A stretch of DNA of 64,000 nucleotides from Minisyncoccia bacterium (GCA_050008535.1 JBEKML010000002.1:148881-212880), one strand, 5' to 3'. Counted from the first letter of the stretch, positions 27,800 to 38,507 are shown. The notes: generated by a model from the sequence alone, not told the origin. Numbers and translations: made by a program.

Positions 27800-28392
27800 G
27801 GAACGGATTCTCGCTCGTTGAAATATTGATCGTCATTGCGATCGCCACATCGCTTGTTCTTGTGGTGAGCAGTTTGAGCGGCAACGTAAACGTGCTGAAC
27901 AATCTCGTAAGCCAGGAACTTCAATCAAAATCCGACATCAATCAGACATTGCAGATCGTAACGGGCGATATTCGTTCGGCAGGCCCCTCGGCGAACGGCG
28001 CATATCCCATTGACGCGGCGGGGACGAGCTCGTTCGCCTTTTACAGCGACTCGGACGCCGACGGCGCCATCGAGCGCGTGCGCTACTTTTTTGCATCATC
28101 AAGCATCTATCGCGGCGTGATCCAGCCGACCGGCACGCCTCCGGCCTACCCGACCGCAACCGAGGTCTTAACGGACCTCATAGACAACGTCATCATTCCT
28201 ACTTCCACGTCCCTCTTCAACTACTACGATGCCTCCTATACCGGCACGCAACCGGCGATGACCTCCACCGCGAACATCGCCACGATCCGGCTCGTCGGCG
28301 TTTCGTTCTCTTCCGACGTGCAGCCGAGACAATCGCCCGGACCGCAACATTTTTCGATCCTGGTGGACATAAGAAATTTGCGAAGCAACTGA
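27796..28392 (+). CDS. Minor pilin (PilW/GspJ-like)
   Basis: Class III signal NG|FSLVEIL. Confidence 0.82.
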   Translation: MRNGFSLVEILIVIAIATSLVLVVSSLSGNVNVLNNLVSQELQSKSDINQTLQIVTGDIRSAGPSANGAYPIDAAGTSSFAFYSDSDADGAIERVRYFFASSSIYRGVIQPTGTPPAYPTATEVLTDLIDNVIIPTSTSLFNYYDASYTGTQPAMTSTANIATIRLVGVSFSSDVQPRQSPGPQHFSILVDIRNLRSN

Positions 28393-28393
28393 C

Positions 28394-29809
28394 ATGAAGC
28401 ATTTTGTGAAAAAGGGACAGATTGCCGTTGAACTTCTTTTCCTTTCGGCCGTGGTGGTTGCCATGATCGCGGGTTTTGTCTCGCTCGCGGCATCGCTCCT
28501 TCAGGTTTCCGTCCGAAACCAGAACAAACTGCAGGCGTTCACGATCGCCGAGGCGGGCGTTGAGTATTATCGGTGGCATCTCGCGCACGCCTCGCAGGAT
28601 TTTACCGACGGCACGGGCCATGCAGGGCCCTACGTCCATGCCTATTATGACAAGGATGGCGTGGAGATTGGCCAGTTCTCTTTGGATATCACGCCGCCGC
28701 CGCCGGGTTCCACGATCGTTATGATCACGAGCACCGGCAGCGTGCTTGCGGATGCAAGCGTGAAAAAAATCATTCAGGTGCGCATGGGCATCCCGTCTTT
28801 CGCGAAATATGCGTGGGTATTGAACGATTTTGTGGCATTCGGGACGGCCGCGCAGGTCTACGGCGCCATTAATTCAAATGCCGGCATCCATTTTGACGGC
28901 GTCGCGCACAATCTGGTCGCAAGTGCGCTTGCGACGACGACCGACCCGGATACGAGCAGCACCGAGTGGGCGGTCTTCACGCACGCAGGCGCGGACGATC
29001 CGCATCCTCCGACGCCCGTGAATTCCCGTCCGGATGTCTTTATGGCGGGAAGGACAACGGGGGTGCCCGCCATCGATTTCGCCGGCATCACCCAGGATCT
29101 TGCGACGATCAAGAACAGGGCGCAGGCAAGCGGCACGTACTTCGCGTCCAGCTCTGTTTTTGGCTATGACCTTGTGCTCGCCACAACCTCCTTTACGGTC
29201 TATAAGGTAACCGCCCTTATGGCGCCTCCTGCCAACTGCACAAATACCCAAAATCAACCCGGATGGGGACTCTGGACCATCCAAACCGAGTCATCTACGG
29301 CATATGCGACGGGTACGATCCCGCAGAATGGCAACATGTTCTTTGAGGATAACGTTTGGGTGAAGGGCCACGTGAACGGCGCGCGCGTGACGATCGCTTC
29401 GGGGCGTTTCCCCGACAATCCCACGACGCGATCCAGCATCATCGTGAACAACAGCTTGACCTACGCGAGCCAGAACGGCTCCGATACGATCGCGCTCATC
29501 GCGCAGAACAATATCAATGTGGGATATGCAAGCGACAACAATCTGACGATCGATGCGGCGCTCATCGCGCAGAACGGGTGGATCGGACGGTATTATTACG
29601 GTTCCGCATGCGGTTCTTCGTATACCCGCAACCAATTGACGACGCTCGGCATTATGGGAACCAATCTCCGCTCGGCGTTCTATTACGGCTCAAGCGGCTA
29701 CGATAGCCGCACCTATAATTACGATGTAAATTTATTGTATGCGCCGCCGCCGAGCTTCCCTTTGACCACCGACCAGTATTCGCTCATTTCCTGGCAGGAG
29801 CTACAATAA
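28394..29809 (+). CDS. PilX/GspK-like minor pilin
   Basis: KKG|QIAVELL and A..IAEAGVE motifs. Confidence 0.78.
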   Translation: MKHFVKKGQIAVELLFLSAVVVAMIAGFVSLAASLLQVSVRNQNKLQAFTIAEAGVEYYRWHLAHASQDFTDGTGHAGPYVHAYYDKDGVEIGQFSLDITPPPPGSTIVMITSTGSVLADASVKKIIQVRMGIPSFAKYAWVLNDFVAFGTAAQVYGAINSNAGIHFDGVAHNLVASALATTTDPDTSSTEWAVFTHAGADDPHPPTPVNSRPDVFMAGRTTGVPAIDFAGITQDLATIKNRAQASGTYFASSSVFGYDLVLATTSFTVYKVTALMAPPANCTNTQNQPGWGLWTIQTESSTAYATGTIPQNGNMFFEDNVWVKGHVNGARVTIASGRFPDNPTTRSSIIVNNSLTYASQNGSDTIALIAQNNINVGYASDNNLTIDAALIAQNGWIGRYYYGSACGSSYTRNQLTTLGIMGTNLRSAFYYGSSGYDSRTYNYDVNLLYAPPPSFPLTTDQYSLISWQELQ

Positions 29810-29816
29810 AAGGACG

Positions 29817-30284
29817 ATGCGGAAAGGGATGACCATCATTGAAATTGTGATCGTGATCGCGCTGATGGCGATTTTGACCGGCGTCTATTTTGTCGTGGCG
29901 AATCCGGCGGGGCAGCTTGCCTCGTCGCGGAACAGCGAGCGGAAATCTCACCTTCAGACAATCCTCAATGCGGTGAGGCAGAACATGGCCGACAATCGCG
30001 GGCAATTCCAGTGCTCCTCCGGGCCCATGCCAACATCGACAAAGCGGATGACCAGTGTCGCAGGGGTGGGGAACTACAATATTGCGCCGTGCCTCCTTGC
30101 ACCGGGCGGCATTCTTTTTACTATGCCATTTGATCCTTCGGCATCAAGTTCGCGCTATAATTCCGTCACCGATTACGATACTGCTTACACCATCATGATC
30201 AATGCTTCCGGCACCGTTACCCTGTTTGCGCCGTACACGGAAACCTCCACGAGGGTGACGAGCACTGTTACTGTTTCGGGATAA
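29817..30284 (+). CDS. Type IV pilin-like protein
   Basis: KG|MTIIEIVIVI; P.DP motif. Confidence 0.85.
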   Translation: MRKGMTIIEIVIVIALMAILTGVYFVVANPAGQLASSRNSERKSHLQTILNAVRQNMADNRGQFQCSSGPMPTSTKRMTSVAGVGNYNIAPCLLAPGGILFTMPFDPSASSSRYNSVTDYDTAYTIMINASGTVTLFAPYTETSTRVTSTVTVSG

Positions 30285-31254
30285 ATGGCGGAAGGGTCAC
30301 TGGCCCGTATGTGGCGAGCGTTGTGCTGCCCGCAAGCGCGTTCAATTCGTAATAATATGTTTGTCCGAGGGTATTATCGACGATCTGGATGGAATACGAC
30401 TCACTTGGGTTTTCCTCTGCGAGGACGGTAGACCAAGAATCGCTCTGGTTTTGCGACCGGAGGACGAGAACACCCGTCGTTTGCGACGGCAAATTCTGCC
30501 ATCCTATTTCTATTTTTTGATCGATGTGTTGGACCCAAAAACTTCCCGCTTGCGAAGAGCCGTAACCCGAGATCTGCACTTGTGGCGTGTAATAGGGGAT
30601 GCCCTGCGGCGCCGGAGGGGGAGTTGAGGTCGGGGTGGTAGTGGGCGGCGTTCCCGTCTCGGGAGGGGGGCTATTTCCCGGATTTGGCGGGGAAGAAGAC
30701 GGCGTGGATGGCGGGGTTTCACCCGGCGGGTTCGACGCAGGAGGCGCAGAAGGAGTCGAAGTAGTGACGACGGGGGTCGTGGAAGATGAGATCCAGAGAA
30801 TGGTCTCGCCGAGCCCGTTTGTGGGATTTCCGTTGCCGTTCCCCGAGCCGTTATTCACCGCCTCTATATAAAAAGAATAATTGTTGAACGTGGCATTTCC
30901 TATATTGAACCCAATGCTTCCACTGCCGAACTCGCCGGCCGCGAGAGGGATCGTTTTCCAAAGCGACCAGTTATTTTTTCCTTTTGTGCTGCGGAAAATA
31001 TCCAGCGCGGCGGTATTTTCGGGAAGATTTTCCCATTGCACAGTGAGCGTATTCCCGCCCGCCGATTTTTGTATTGTGAGCGTTACGCTTGGCACTTTGG
31101 GAACTATGGGGGACGGCGCTGCGGCCGGCACGCCGTTCTCTGAAAAAAAGTCGTTGAAGAGCGGTACTTGGCTGCCCCAGCGGAGCATGGCAAAAAATGC
31201 GCCGCCGATGAGGATAAAGCATCCGAGAAGAAAAGCCATGAACCGCCTGCTCAT
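30268..31254 (-). CDS. Membrane-anchored protein with two beta-sandwich-like domains and a Pro/Thr/Ser linker
   Basis: N-terminal TM helix; internal repeat (WENLP/WQNLP); Pro-rich tract. Confidence 0.7.
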   Translation of the reverse strand: MSRRFMAFLLGCFILIGGAFFAMLRWGSQVPLFNDFFSENGVPAAAPSPIVPKVPSVTLTIQKSAGGNTLTVQWENLPENTAALDIFRSTKGKNNWSLWKTIPLAAGEFGSGSIGFNIGNATFNNYSFYIEAVNNGSGNGNGNPTNGLGETILWISSSTTPVVTTSTPSAPPASNPPGETPPSTPSSSPPNPGNSPPPETGTPPTTTPTSTPPPAPQGIPYYTPQVQISGYGSSQAGSFWVQHIDQKIEIGWQNLPSQTTGVLVLRSQNQSDSWSTVLAEENPSESYSIQIVDNTLGQTYYYELNALAGSTTLATYGPVTLPPFIPKQ

Positions 31255-31260
31255 CGTGTT

Positions 31261-32364
31261 TTATGAAAGATTTTCCACAAGCGCGATTTCAAACGGCACT
31301 ACGGCAAAGGGCGAGTAGCGCATTTCGGTGTAAGCGCGGATGAACGATTTGATGAGCTTTACGAGGAACGCGACGTCGGCTGCGGCGGCCAGTTTTTTTG
31401 CGGCAGCGATCTCGTCGCGCGTAAGTTCTTTTTCGAACGTCTTTTCGAGCGACGGATTCACCTTGAGCGAGAGCACTTTGCGGAGATAGTGAATAAGGTC
31501 TTTCACGAATTGAACGAGGTTATATCCTTCGTCGTTCAAAAGGGAAAGGTATTCCAAGGCGTTCTTCAGGTCCTTTGCGAGAAGGAGGGCGCTGAGTTCG
31601 TGGATCTTTTTGAACCCCGTGCGGCCGGTCAGGCGCTCCGCGATTGCAAGGTCAATGTGCGCCGCAAGCGAGGACATCTGGTCCAGGAGCGATTCGGCGT
31701 CGCGGAAGCTGCCCTCGGCGGCGGCGGCAATGAGTTCCAGCGCCGGCTCTTCTATTTTTATTTTCTCCGCTTTCGCGATCGTGGCGAGCTTTCCCATGAT
31801 GACCGTCTTTGACAGTTTTTTGAAGGTGAATCGTTGTGCGCGCGAGGTGATCGTCGCGGGCAGTTTTTCGTATTCCGTCGTCGCGAGCACGATCACTGCG
31901 TGGCGCGGCGGTTCTTCGAGTGTCTTTAAAAGGGCGTTGAACGCGGCGCCGGTCAGCATGTGCGCTTCATCAATGATATACACCTTGTGCGCGGCGGCGG
32001 CAGGGGAAGTTTTTATGCTTTCTTTCAGATTGCGGATCTCGTCAATGCCGCGGTTGGAAGCGGCGTCTATCTCGATCACGTCAAAAGAGTTCTGCGCATC
32101 TATCTCGCGGCACTCGCGGCATTCGTTGCAGGGCTCGCCGAGTTTTGCGAACTCGGGGTCGCTGCGCCGCTTTTCGCAGTTGAGGAGCTTTGCCAGGAGC
32201 CGGGCCGTCGTTGTTTTCCCCGTCCCGCGGGGGCCGTGGAATATATAGGCCTGCCCCAGCCGCCCGGATTTTGCGGCATTTTTCAATATCAGAACATTCG
32301 TTTCCTGCCCCAGAACCTCCTCCAGCTTTTTGGGCCGATACTTCCGGTAAAGCGCTTGCGCCAT
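31261..32364 (-). CDS. dnaX: DNA polymerase III subunit gamma/tau
   Basis: ALYRKYRP, GPRGTGKTT, EIDAASNRG, DEAHML and NALLKTLEEPP motifs; TATAAT just upstream of ATG 32364. Confidence 0.95.
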   Translation of the reverse strand: MAQALYRKYRPKKLEEVLGQETNVLILKNAAKSGRLGQAYIFHGPRGTGKTTTARLLAKLLNCEKRRSDPEFAKLGEPCNECRECREIDAQNSFDVIEIDAASNRGIDEIRNLKESIKTSPAAAAHKVYIIDEAHMLTGAAFNALLKTLEEPPRHAVIVLATTEYEKLPATITSRAQRFTFKKLSKTVIMGKLATIAKAEKIKIEEPALELIAAAAEGSFRDAESLLDQMSSLAAHIDLAIAERLTGRTGFKKIHELSALLLAKDLKNALEYLSLLNDEGYNLVQFVKDLIHYLRKVLSLKVNPSLEKTFEKELTRDEIAAAKKLAAAADVAFLVKLIKSFIRAYTEMRYSPFAVVPFEIALVENLS

Positions 32365-32424
32365 TACGAAAATTATAGGCAATATCGTTGATTTCGGCAA
32401 TTTTTTCCCGTATGATGGAAATAT

Positions 32425-33774
32425 ATGAAGTTCGTCTTCGGCGTCATAGTGGTTGTTCTCGTCTTGGCCGCCGGGACTTTTTTGTTTTCGCGCGAAAATA
32501 ACGTTGTGATCGTTCCGGCCGGCGGCGCGAGCGCCAGCACGGGTACCACGACAGAAGCCGCGACGAATACTGCTTCGTCCACGCTCCCTGCGGTACCAGA
32601 GGCACCATTGCCAACGTCCACCAGCATTTCGATACATAGCACGAACGACTTGCCGCCCCAGCCGCAGCTCGCGAACCCGCCCGCGATCGTAAAAGGGATC
32701 TATCTTACTGGTTGGTCTGCGGGATCTGCATCAAAAGTGGCATCTACCATCAATTTGATAAAAAGCACCGAATTGAATTCCGTCGTCGTGGATATCAAGG
32801 ATTATTCCGGCTACGTGTCGTATGTGATGGATGTGCCGGAGGCGAGGGCGTCCGGTGCGGAGGGCGAGTTGCGCATCGCGCGCCCGAACGCGCTCATCAA
32901 GGAGCTGCACGACAACGGCATCTATGTGATCGGCCGCATCACGTGCTTCCAGGATCCGATCCTCGCGAAAGCGCATCCTGAGTGGGCGTTGCAGAATAAG
33001 AAAACAGGCGCGGTGTGGACCGACAACAAGGGGCTTGCGTGGATGGATCCCGCCGCGCAGCCAGTGCGGGATTATCTCGCTGCGATTACAAAAGACGCTT
33101 TTGCGCGCGGCTTTGATGAAATACAATATGACTATACCCGCTTCGCTTCCGACGGCTCGCTCGGCAACATCTCGTATCCATACTGGGACGGGAAAACGCC
33201 GATGGCGACGGTGATCGCAAGCTATTTCAAATTCCTGCGGGAACAATTCCCCACCCAGAAGCTCTCTGCCGATCTCTTTGGTCTTGCCACTATAAATAAC
33301 GACGACCTGGGCATCGGGCAGGTCATTCAAAGCGCATATGAATATTTTGATTACGTTTCGCCAATGGTGTATCCATCGCACTATGCTACGGGCTTCCTGG
33401 GTTATAAAAATCCTGCGAGCTATCCTTATGAAGTAATCGATTATTCGCTCACGCATGCAGTGGCGAAGCTCGTTGCTATGGGGAACAGCAATTCTACGGC
33501 GCCTGTGGCGAGCGGCACCGCGAACGCCTCGGGTACCGTCCCTGCCGTGAAGTATTCTCCATTCAATCTCGGCTACATTCCCAATAGCAAGCTCCGCCCG
33601 TGGCTCCAGGATTTTGATCTGAACGGCGTGCCCTACACGGCCGCGATGGTGCGCAAGGAAAAACAGGCGGTCTACGATGTTTTAAATACTACGAGTTCAA
33701 GCCAATATTACGGTGGCTGGCTCTTATGGGATGCGGCAAATACCTATACCACGGGAGCGCTGGACCCTAAATAA
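32425..33774 (+). CDS. Putative glycoside hydrolase (DUF4015-like)
   Basis: KGIYLT, VVDIKD, GFDEIQYDY.RF, SPMVYPSHY and RPWLQDF motifs. Confidence 0.8.
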   Translation: MKFVFGVIVVVLVLAAGTFLFSRENNVVIVPAGGASASTGTTTEAATNTASSTLPAVPEAPLPTSTSISIHSTNDLPPQPQLANPPAIVKGIYLTGWSAGSASKVASTINLIKSTELNSVVVDIKDYSGYVSYVMDVPEARASGAEGELRIARPNALIKELHDNGIYVIGRITCFQDPILAKAHPEWALQNKKTGAVWTDNKGLAWMDPAAQPVRDYLAAITKDAFARGFDEIQYDYTRFASDGSLGNISYPYWDGKTPMATVIASYFKFLREQFPTQKLSADLFGLATINNDDLGIGQVIQSAYEYFDYVSPMVYPSHYATGFLGYKNPASYPYEVIDYSLTHAVAKLVAMGNSNSTAPVASGTANASGTVPAVKYSPFNLGYIPNSKLRPWLQDFDLNGVPYTAAMVRKEKQAVYDVLNTTSSSQYYGGWLLWDAANTYTTGALDPK

Positions 33775-33776
33775 AC

Positions 33777-34538
33777 ATGCCCTACGAGATCAAGACCGAA
33801 CAATTCAGCGGGCCGCTTGAAAAATTGCTTGAGTTGATCGAGGCGGAGAAACTCGGCGTGAACGAGGTGAGCTTGGCGAAGGTCACCGACGGCTTTTTGA
33901 AATATTTAGAAAAATTCCGCACGGGCGGGGGAGGGGAGGAAAGGTTCCGCGTGGACATGCGCATTCTCGCGGATTTCATCGCCATCGCAAGCCGCCTTAT
34001 TTTCTTGAAGTCAAAGCATCTTTTGCCCGGCCTTGCGCTCACAGGCGAAGAGGAAGCGGACATCAAGGACCTTGAAGAACGCCTCGCGCGGTACCAGGCC
34101 CTGAAACCGGCGATAAAGCATCTCCGCGCGCTCTGGCGGGAAAATCATCGCTCGTACAGCCGGCCGTACTTTTTGGGGCGCGGCGGGGGGTTCGCGGCAG
34201 GGCAGGCAGTATTCTACCCTGGAAAAAATATAGATATTGCGGGCCTTCGGAGCGCATTGGAGAAAATCTTTGAAACCGTGACCGCCTATGCGTTCGAGAC
34301 CGAGACGATCAAGGAAAAAATCATTTCGCTTGAGGAGAAGATTTCGGAGGTTTTGAACCGCCTCCGGGACGAAGGCAATCTGCAATTCAGGCGCCTCTCC
34401 AGCGAGAAGTCGCGCTCAGAGGCCATCGTTGTTTTCCTTGCGATCCTCCATCTTGCCCGCGAGCAGCTTATCCTCTTGGAGCAAATGGAGAATTTTTCTG
34501 ATATAATGGTCAAGAAAAATGAGCGAAGCTCCGTCTGA
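33777..34538 (+). CDS. scpA: Segregation/condensation protein A
   Basis: FSGPLEKLLELI, KS..LLP and FLAILHL motifs. Confidence 0.9.
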   Translation: MPYEIKTEQFSGPLEKLLELIEAEKLGVNEVSLAKVTDGFLKYLEKFRTGGGGEERFRVDMRILADFIAIASRLIFLKSKHLLPGLALTGEEEADIKDLEERLARYQALKPAIKHLRALWRENHRSYSRPYFLGRGGGFAAGQAVFYPGKNIDIAGLRSALEKIFETVTAYAFETETIKEKIISLEEKISEVLNRLRDEGNLQFRRLSSEKSRSEAIVVFLAILHLAREQLILLEQMENFSDIMVKKNERSSV

Positions 34539-35157
34539 TAAAAAACTGGCATCCTTTGAGGCACTCCTCTTCATCCACGGGGAGCCATTGTCATACAAAA
34601 AAATAGAGTCGGTTTTGGGGTTGAAAAAAGGGGAAGCGGAAGTGCTTGCCGCCGGGTTCAAAAAGCATCTGGAGGAAGCGGGACGCGGCCTGCAGCTCAT
34701 CTCCGACAAGGAAAAAGTCCAGCTCGCGACGAAGCCGGAATTCAATAAGATCGTGGAGGACTTCGTGAAAGACGAGCTTACGGAGGATCTCTCGCCGGCC
34801 TCGCTTGAGGCGCTCGCGATCGTCGCGTACCTCGGTCCCATCTCGCGCGCGAAGCTTGAATATCTCCGCGGCGTGAATTCTATCGTCATTTTGCGGAGCT
34901 TGATGATCCGCGGCCTTGTTGAACGGCTTCCCGATCCGGAGCATCCCTCTGGGTTCCTCTATCGGCCGACGTTTGAATTGATGAAGCATTTGGGGCTCGC
35001 TACGAAAGAAGACATGCCCGAATACGAAAAATTCCAGGAGCTCCTGAAAGTGTTTGAGGCACAGAACGTGCCGGAGGCGTCTGCCGCGCCGTCTGCGGGG
35101 GCGATGCCCGGGACGGCGGACGGAGCGCCTTCCGCAGGGCAAGAAACAACCCAATGA
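34519..35157 (+). CDS. scpB: Segregation/condensation protein B
   Basis: EALLF, LS.ASLEALAIVAY..P and RGVNS motifs. Confidence 0.9.
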   Translation: MSEAPSDKKLASFEALLFIHGEPLSYKKIESVLGLKKGEAEVLAAGFKKHLEEAGRGLQLISDKEKVQLATKPEFNKIVEDFVKDELTEDLSPASLEALAIVAYLGPISRAKLEYLRGVNSIVILRSLMIRGLVERLPDPEHPSGFLYRPTFELMKHLGLATKEDMPEYEKFQELLKVFEAQNVPEASAAPSAGAMPGTADGAPSAGQETTQ

Positions 35158-36128
35158 ACAATTATTTTCCGAAATTTGCGTTCTTGATAGTGATGATCGG
35201 CGCGGTTTTGTTTTCCCGCATGGCCTATCCGGCGGCTGCTCCCACAACGCTTGCTGAAATGAATAGCGCAAAGCCTAGCGCACAAAGCGGAGAAGTGCCG
35301 CTGTTCGTCCTGCCGCAAGTTGTGGTCTCTGCGCAAGGCGGTGCAGGGGACGCGAGCAGTGCTGATGCGAATGTTCCCGCGCCGCTCTCCACGCGAATCG
35401 CTCCGCCGCCTGCGCTTCAGGATGCCGCAGTTCTTGCCGCGGACCTTAAAACGGGAACTGCGTATGATGCAGTGAATACCGATCGGCGTTGGCCGACCGC
35501 CTCGCTCACAAAACTGATGTCGGCCACCATTATTGAAGACAAGCTTGATCCGAGCACAAGGATCACCATTACCGAAAATATGTTCGCCGCCGATCCGCAG
35601 GAGCAGACACTCGTCGTGGGAGGGACCTACACCGTTTCCGATCTTTTGCGCTTCATGCTTCTGCCCTCTTCGAACGTCGCTGCGGAGGCGGTTGCCGCAT
35701 TTTACGGAAGGGATGCATTTCTTGCGGAAATGAACGCGCGTGCTGCGGCATGGGGGATGGAAGATGCTCATTTCGACGATCCTTCCGGCATTTCCGCCGG
35801 CGACCAATCCACGGCGAACGATTTTTTGAAGCTCGCGCAAAAAATTTATGCCGATTATCCGCAAATATTCCAAATAAGCCGGACGCCGCAAGTTTCCATC
35901 ACCGAGGAGAATTCGGGGAAGAAGATCGTAATAAAAAGCATCAACAGTTTCGCGGGCGAACCGGACTTCGTGGGCGGTAAGACCGGCCGTACCGACCAGG
36001 CTGGCGGCAACCTTCTCTCCGTGTTCCGCAACGGAAGCAAAACGTTTTTCATAGTGGTTTTGGGCAGCGACGACCGCTTCGGCGACACGCAAAAGCTGCA
36101 TGATTGGCTTATGGCAAATTTCAAATAA
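35154..36128 (+). CDS. D-alanyl-D-alanine carboxypeptidase (peptidase S11)
   Basis: SxxK (ASLTK), SxN (SSN) and KTG motifs. Confidence 0.88.
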   Translation: MNNYFPKFAFLIVMIGAVLFSRMAYPAAAPTTLAEMNSAKPSAQSGEVPLFVLPQVVVSAQGGAGDASSADANVPAPLSTRIAPPPALQDAAVLAADLKTGTAYDAVNTDRRWPTASLTKLMSATIIEDKLDPSTRITITENMFAADPQEQTLVVGGTYTVSDLLRFMLLPSSNVAAEAVAAFYGRDAFLAEMNARAAAWGMEDAHFDDPSGISAGDQSTANDFLKLAQKIYADYPQIFQISRTPQVSITEENSGKKIVIKSINSFAGEPDFVGGKTGRTDQAGGNLLSVFRNGSKTFFIVVLGSDDRFGDTQKLHDWLMANFK

Positions 36129-36134
36129 ACCAAC

Positions 36135-37190
36135 ATGGACCTTCTCGCGCAAACGATACGGGTGATGGTGCTTACGACGATAGCGTTCTTTGTGGCGCTC
36201 TTTGTCACACCGCTTTGGTACCGATTTTTAAAAAAGAAACACTTTGATAAGCAGCTTCGCGAAGAATCCGCCGCGCCGGTATTTTATGAACTGCACAAAA
36301 AGAAAGTGGGAACCCCGACCGGCGGCGGCGTCATTATCTGGTCCACGGTCATCGGGCTCGCTGCCATTTTCGGCATCTTGAACAGGATCTTTGACGGTCG
36401 GGTGTGGCACTACCTCAACTTCATCAATCGCGCGGAGACCTATCTTCCGCTCGCGGCGCTTTTGGGAGCGGCGCTCCTCGGCCTTCTGGATGATTGGCTG
36501 GGGGCTTTGAAGGTCGGCGGCGCCCCCGGCGGGGGACTGAAAGTCCGGCAAAAATCCATCCTTTATCTTGCGATCGCCTTTATCGGCGCCTGGTGGTTCT
36601 ACTTCCGCTTGGGCTGGGACGTGATCAACGTACCGTTTTTCGGCAGTTTTCAGATCGGCTGGTGGTATATCCCCATTTTCATTTTTATTATTTTCGCAAG
36701 CGCCTTCTCGGCGAACGAAACGGACGGTTTGGACGGTCTCCTTGGCGGCGTATCGCTCTTTGCGTTCGTCGCCTTGACGACCGTTGCCTTCGTCCTTCAT
36801 CGTTATGACCTCGCCGTCTTCGGCGGCGCCATGGTCGGGGCACTGCTTGCGTTCCTTTGGAACAATATCTATCCGGCGAAATTTTTCATGGGCGATACCG
36901 GCTCAATGTCCCTGGGCATCACGATCGGCATCGTTGCGATGCTCACGAACACCACGCTCCTCCTCCCGTTCTTCGTGATCATCCTCGTCGTTGAATCGCT
37001 TTCCGTCATTATCCAGATAGCTTCAAAAAAATTGCGGGGCGGCAAGAAGATCTTCCGTTCCACGCCTATCCACCATCACTTTGAGGCGTTGGGCTGGCCC
37101 GAATCGCAGGTCACCATGCGCTTTTGGATCGTTTCCGCCATCTTTTGCACGCTCGGCCTCGTCATCTTTTTCCTCTCGCTCGCGCCGTAG
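36135..37190 (+). CDS. mraY: Phospho-N-acetylmuramoyl-pentapeptide transferase
   Basis: GTPTGGG, LDD, NETDGLDGL, FMGDTGS and PIHHHFE motifs. Confidence 0.95.
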   Translation: MDLLAQTIRVMVLTTIAFFVALFVTPLWYRFLKKKHFDKQLREESAAPVFYELHKKKVGTPTGGGVIIWSTVIGLAAIFGILNRIFDGRVWHYLNFINRAETYLPLAALLGAALLGLLDDWLGALKVGGAPGGGLKVRQKSILYLAIAFIGAWWFYFRLGWDVINVPFFGSFQIGWWYIPIFIFIIFASAFSANETDGLDGLLGGVSLFAFVALTTVAFVLHRYDLAVFGGAMVGALLAFLWNNIYPAKFFMGDTGSMSLGITIGIVAMLTNTTLLLPFFVIILVVESLSVIIQIASKKLRGGKKIFRSTPIHHHFEALGWPESQVTMRFWIVSAIFCTLGLVIFFLSLAP

Positions 37191-37244
37191 GAGCAGGGTA
37201 TGCAGCTTGCTCCTTAAGAAATAGTTTGCTATACTGCGTCTCGT

Positions 37245-38021
37245 ATGCCAGAAGAAGCTTTGATGTACCCAACGGAGGCTTCCCGCGAAATGATCGACGC
37301 GGGAGTTTTCTATGGCCGGAAAAAGAGCAAGACGAATCCGAAGATGCGGCAGTTCGTTCTCACGAATCGCGGCGGCATTGAGATCATCAATTTGCAAAAG
37401 ACCGGAGAAGCATTGGAGCAGGCGCTCGGCTTTATCAAAGAAAAAGTGCGGCAGAACGCCCTCGTGCTTCTTGTGGGCACCGAGCCGGCCGCCGAGGCGT
37501 CCGTTACGCGGCTCGCAAAAAAGTTCAATGTTCCCTATGTTGTTTCCCGCTGGGTGGGTGGCACGATCACGAATTTCAAGATCATTGCGAAGCGCATAGA
37601 GTACCTGAAGAAGCTGCGAAGCGATTTCGCATCGGGCGCGTTGGAAAAGTATACTAAGAAAGAGCGGCTTGAGCTTGAGCGCGAGATGAAACGGCTCACG
37701 GAGCTCATGGGCGGCCTTGAAAATTTTTCCCGCGAACCCGATATCGTCATTATGGTAAATCCTACGTTGCATCACACCGCATTGCGCGAAGCACGCCATA
37801 AGCATATTCCGATCGTCGCGCTGGGGAATGTGGATGCCGATCCCGACGACATTGATTATCTTGTTCCGGGGAACGATAAGGCGAAGAAAGGCATCGATTG
37901 GTTTTTTGAGAAGGTGGAGAAGGCGATCGACGAAGGGATTGCGACGCGCGCGGCAGCGCCAGCGGCACCGGCGGCGGATCAGGAAGGCACAGAGAAGGGG
38001 CCGAAAGCGGAGGAGAAGTAA
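37245..38021 (+). CDS. rpsB: 30S ribosomal protein S2
   Basis: AGVFYG, NPKM, RWVGGTITNF and PGND motifs. Confidence 0.93.
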   Translation: MPEEALMYPTEASREMIDAGVFYGRKKSKTNPKMRQFVLTNRGGIEIINLQKTGEALEQALGFIKEKVRQNALVLLVGTEPAAEASVTRLAKKFNVPYVVSRWVGGTITNFKIIAKRIEYLKKLRSDFASGALEKYTKKERLELEREMKRLTELMGGLENFSREPDIVIMVNPTLHHTALREARHKHIPIVALGNVDADPDDIDYLVPGNDKAKKGIDWFFEKVEKAIDEGIATRAAAPAAPAADQEGTEKGPKAEEK

Positions 38022-38037
38022 TAAGTAAATTAAAAAC

Positions 38038-38499
38038 ATGAAAAGCAAAAATGAAGTGACGGCGGAAGCGGTGCAAACGCTGCGCGAGGCGACGGGCGCC
38101 GGCGTCATGGATTGCCGGAAGGCGCTTCTTGAGGCGAAGGGCGATTTCGAGGAAGCGAAGAAGATCATCCACGAAAAAGGGCTTTCCAAGGTGGAAAAAC
38201 GCGCCGGACGCGAAACGGGCGCGGGGCTCGTGCACTCTTACGTGCACAACGAGCGCATCGGGGTTCTCTTGGATCTCCGCGCGGAGACGGATTTTGTGGT
38301 CCGTTCGGAACCGTTCCAAAAATTGGCGCACGAGCTCGCCATGCAGATCGCTGCGGCGAATCCCGCGGACGTAACCGCGCTTTTGGCGCAGCCTTACATC
38401 AAAGACGAATCCCGCACGGTGAAAGACATCGTAAACGACGTCATCGCGAAAGTGGGGGAGAACATCTCCGTGAACAAGTTTTCGCGAATTGAAGTATAA
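38038..38499 (+). CDS. tsf: Elongation factor Ts (short form)
   Basis: LREATGAGVMDCRKAL and ETDFV motifs. Confidence 0.93.
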   Translation: MKSKNEVTAEAVQTLREATGAGVMDCRKALLEAKGDFEEAKKIIHEKGLSKVEKRAGRETGAGLVHSYVHNERIGVLLDLRAETDFVVRSEPFQKLAHELAMQIAAANPADVTALLAQPYIKDESRTVKDIVNDVIAKVGENISVNKFSRIEV

Positions 38500-38507
38500 T
38501 AGAAGCC

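Noticed and set aside
32365-32637. N-terminal extension of DnaX
   Set aside because: It overlaps the divergent gene at 32425; DnaX homology starts at MAQALYRKYRP.
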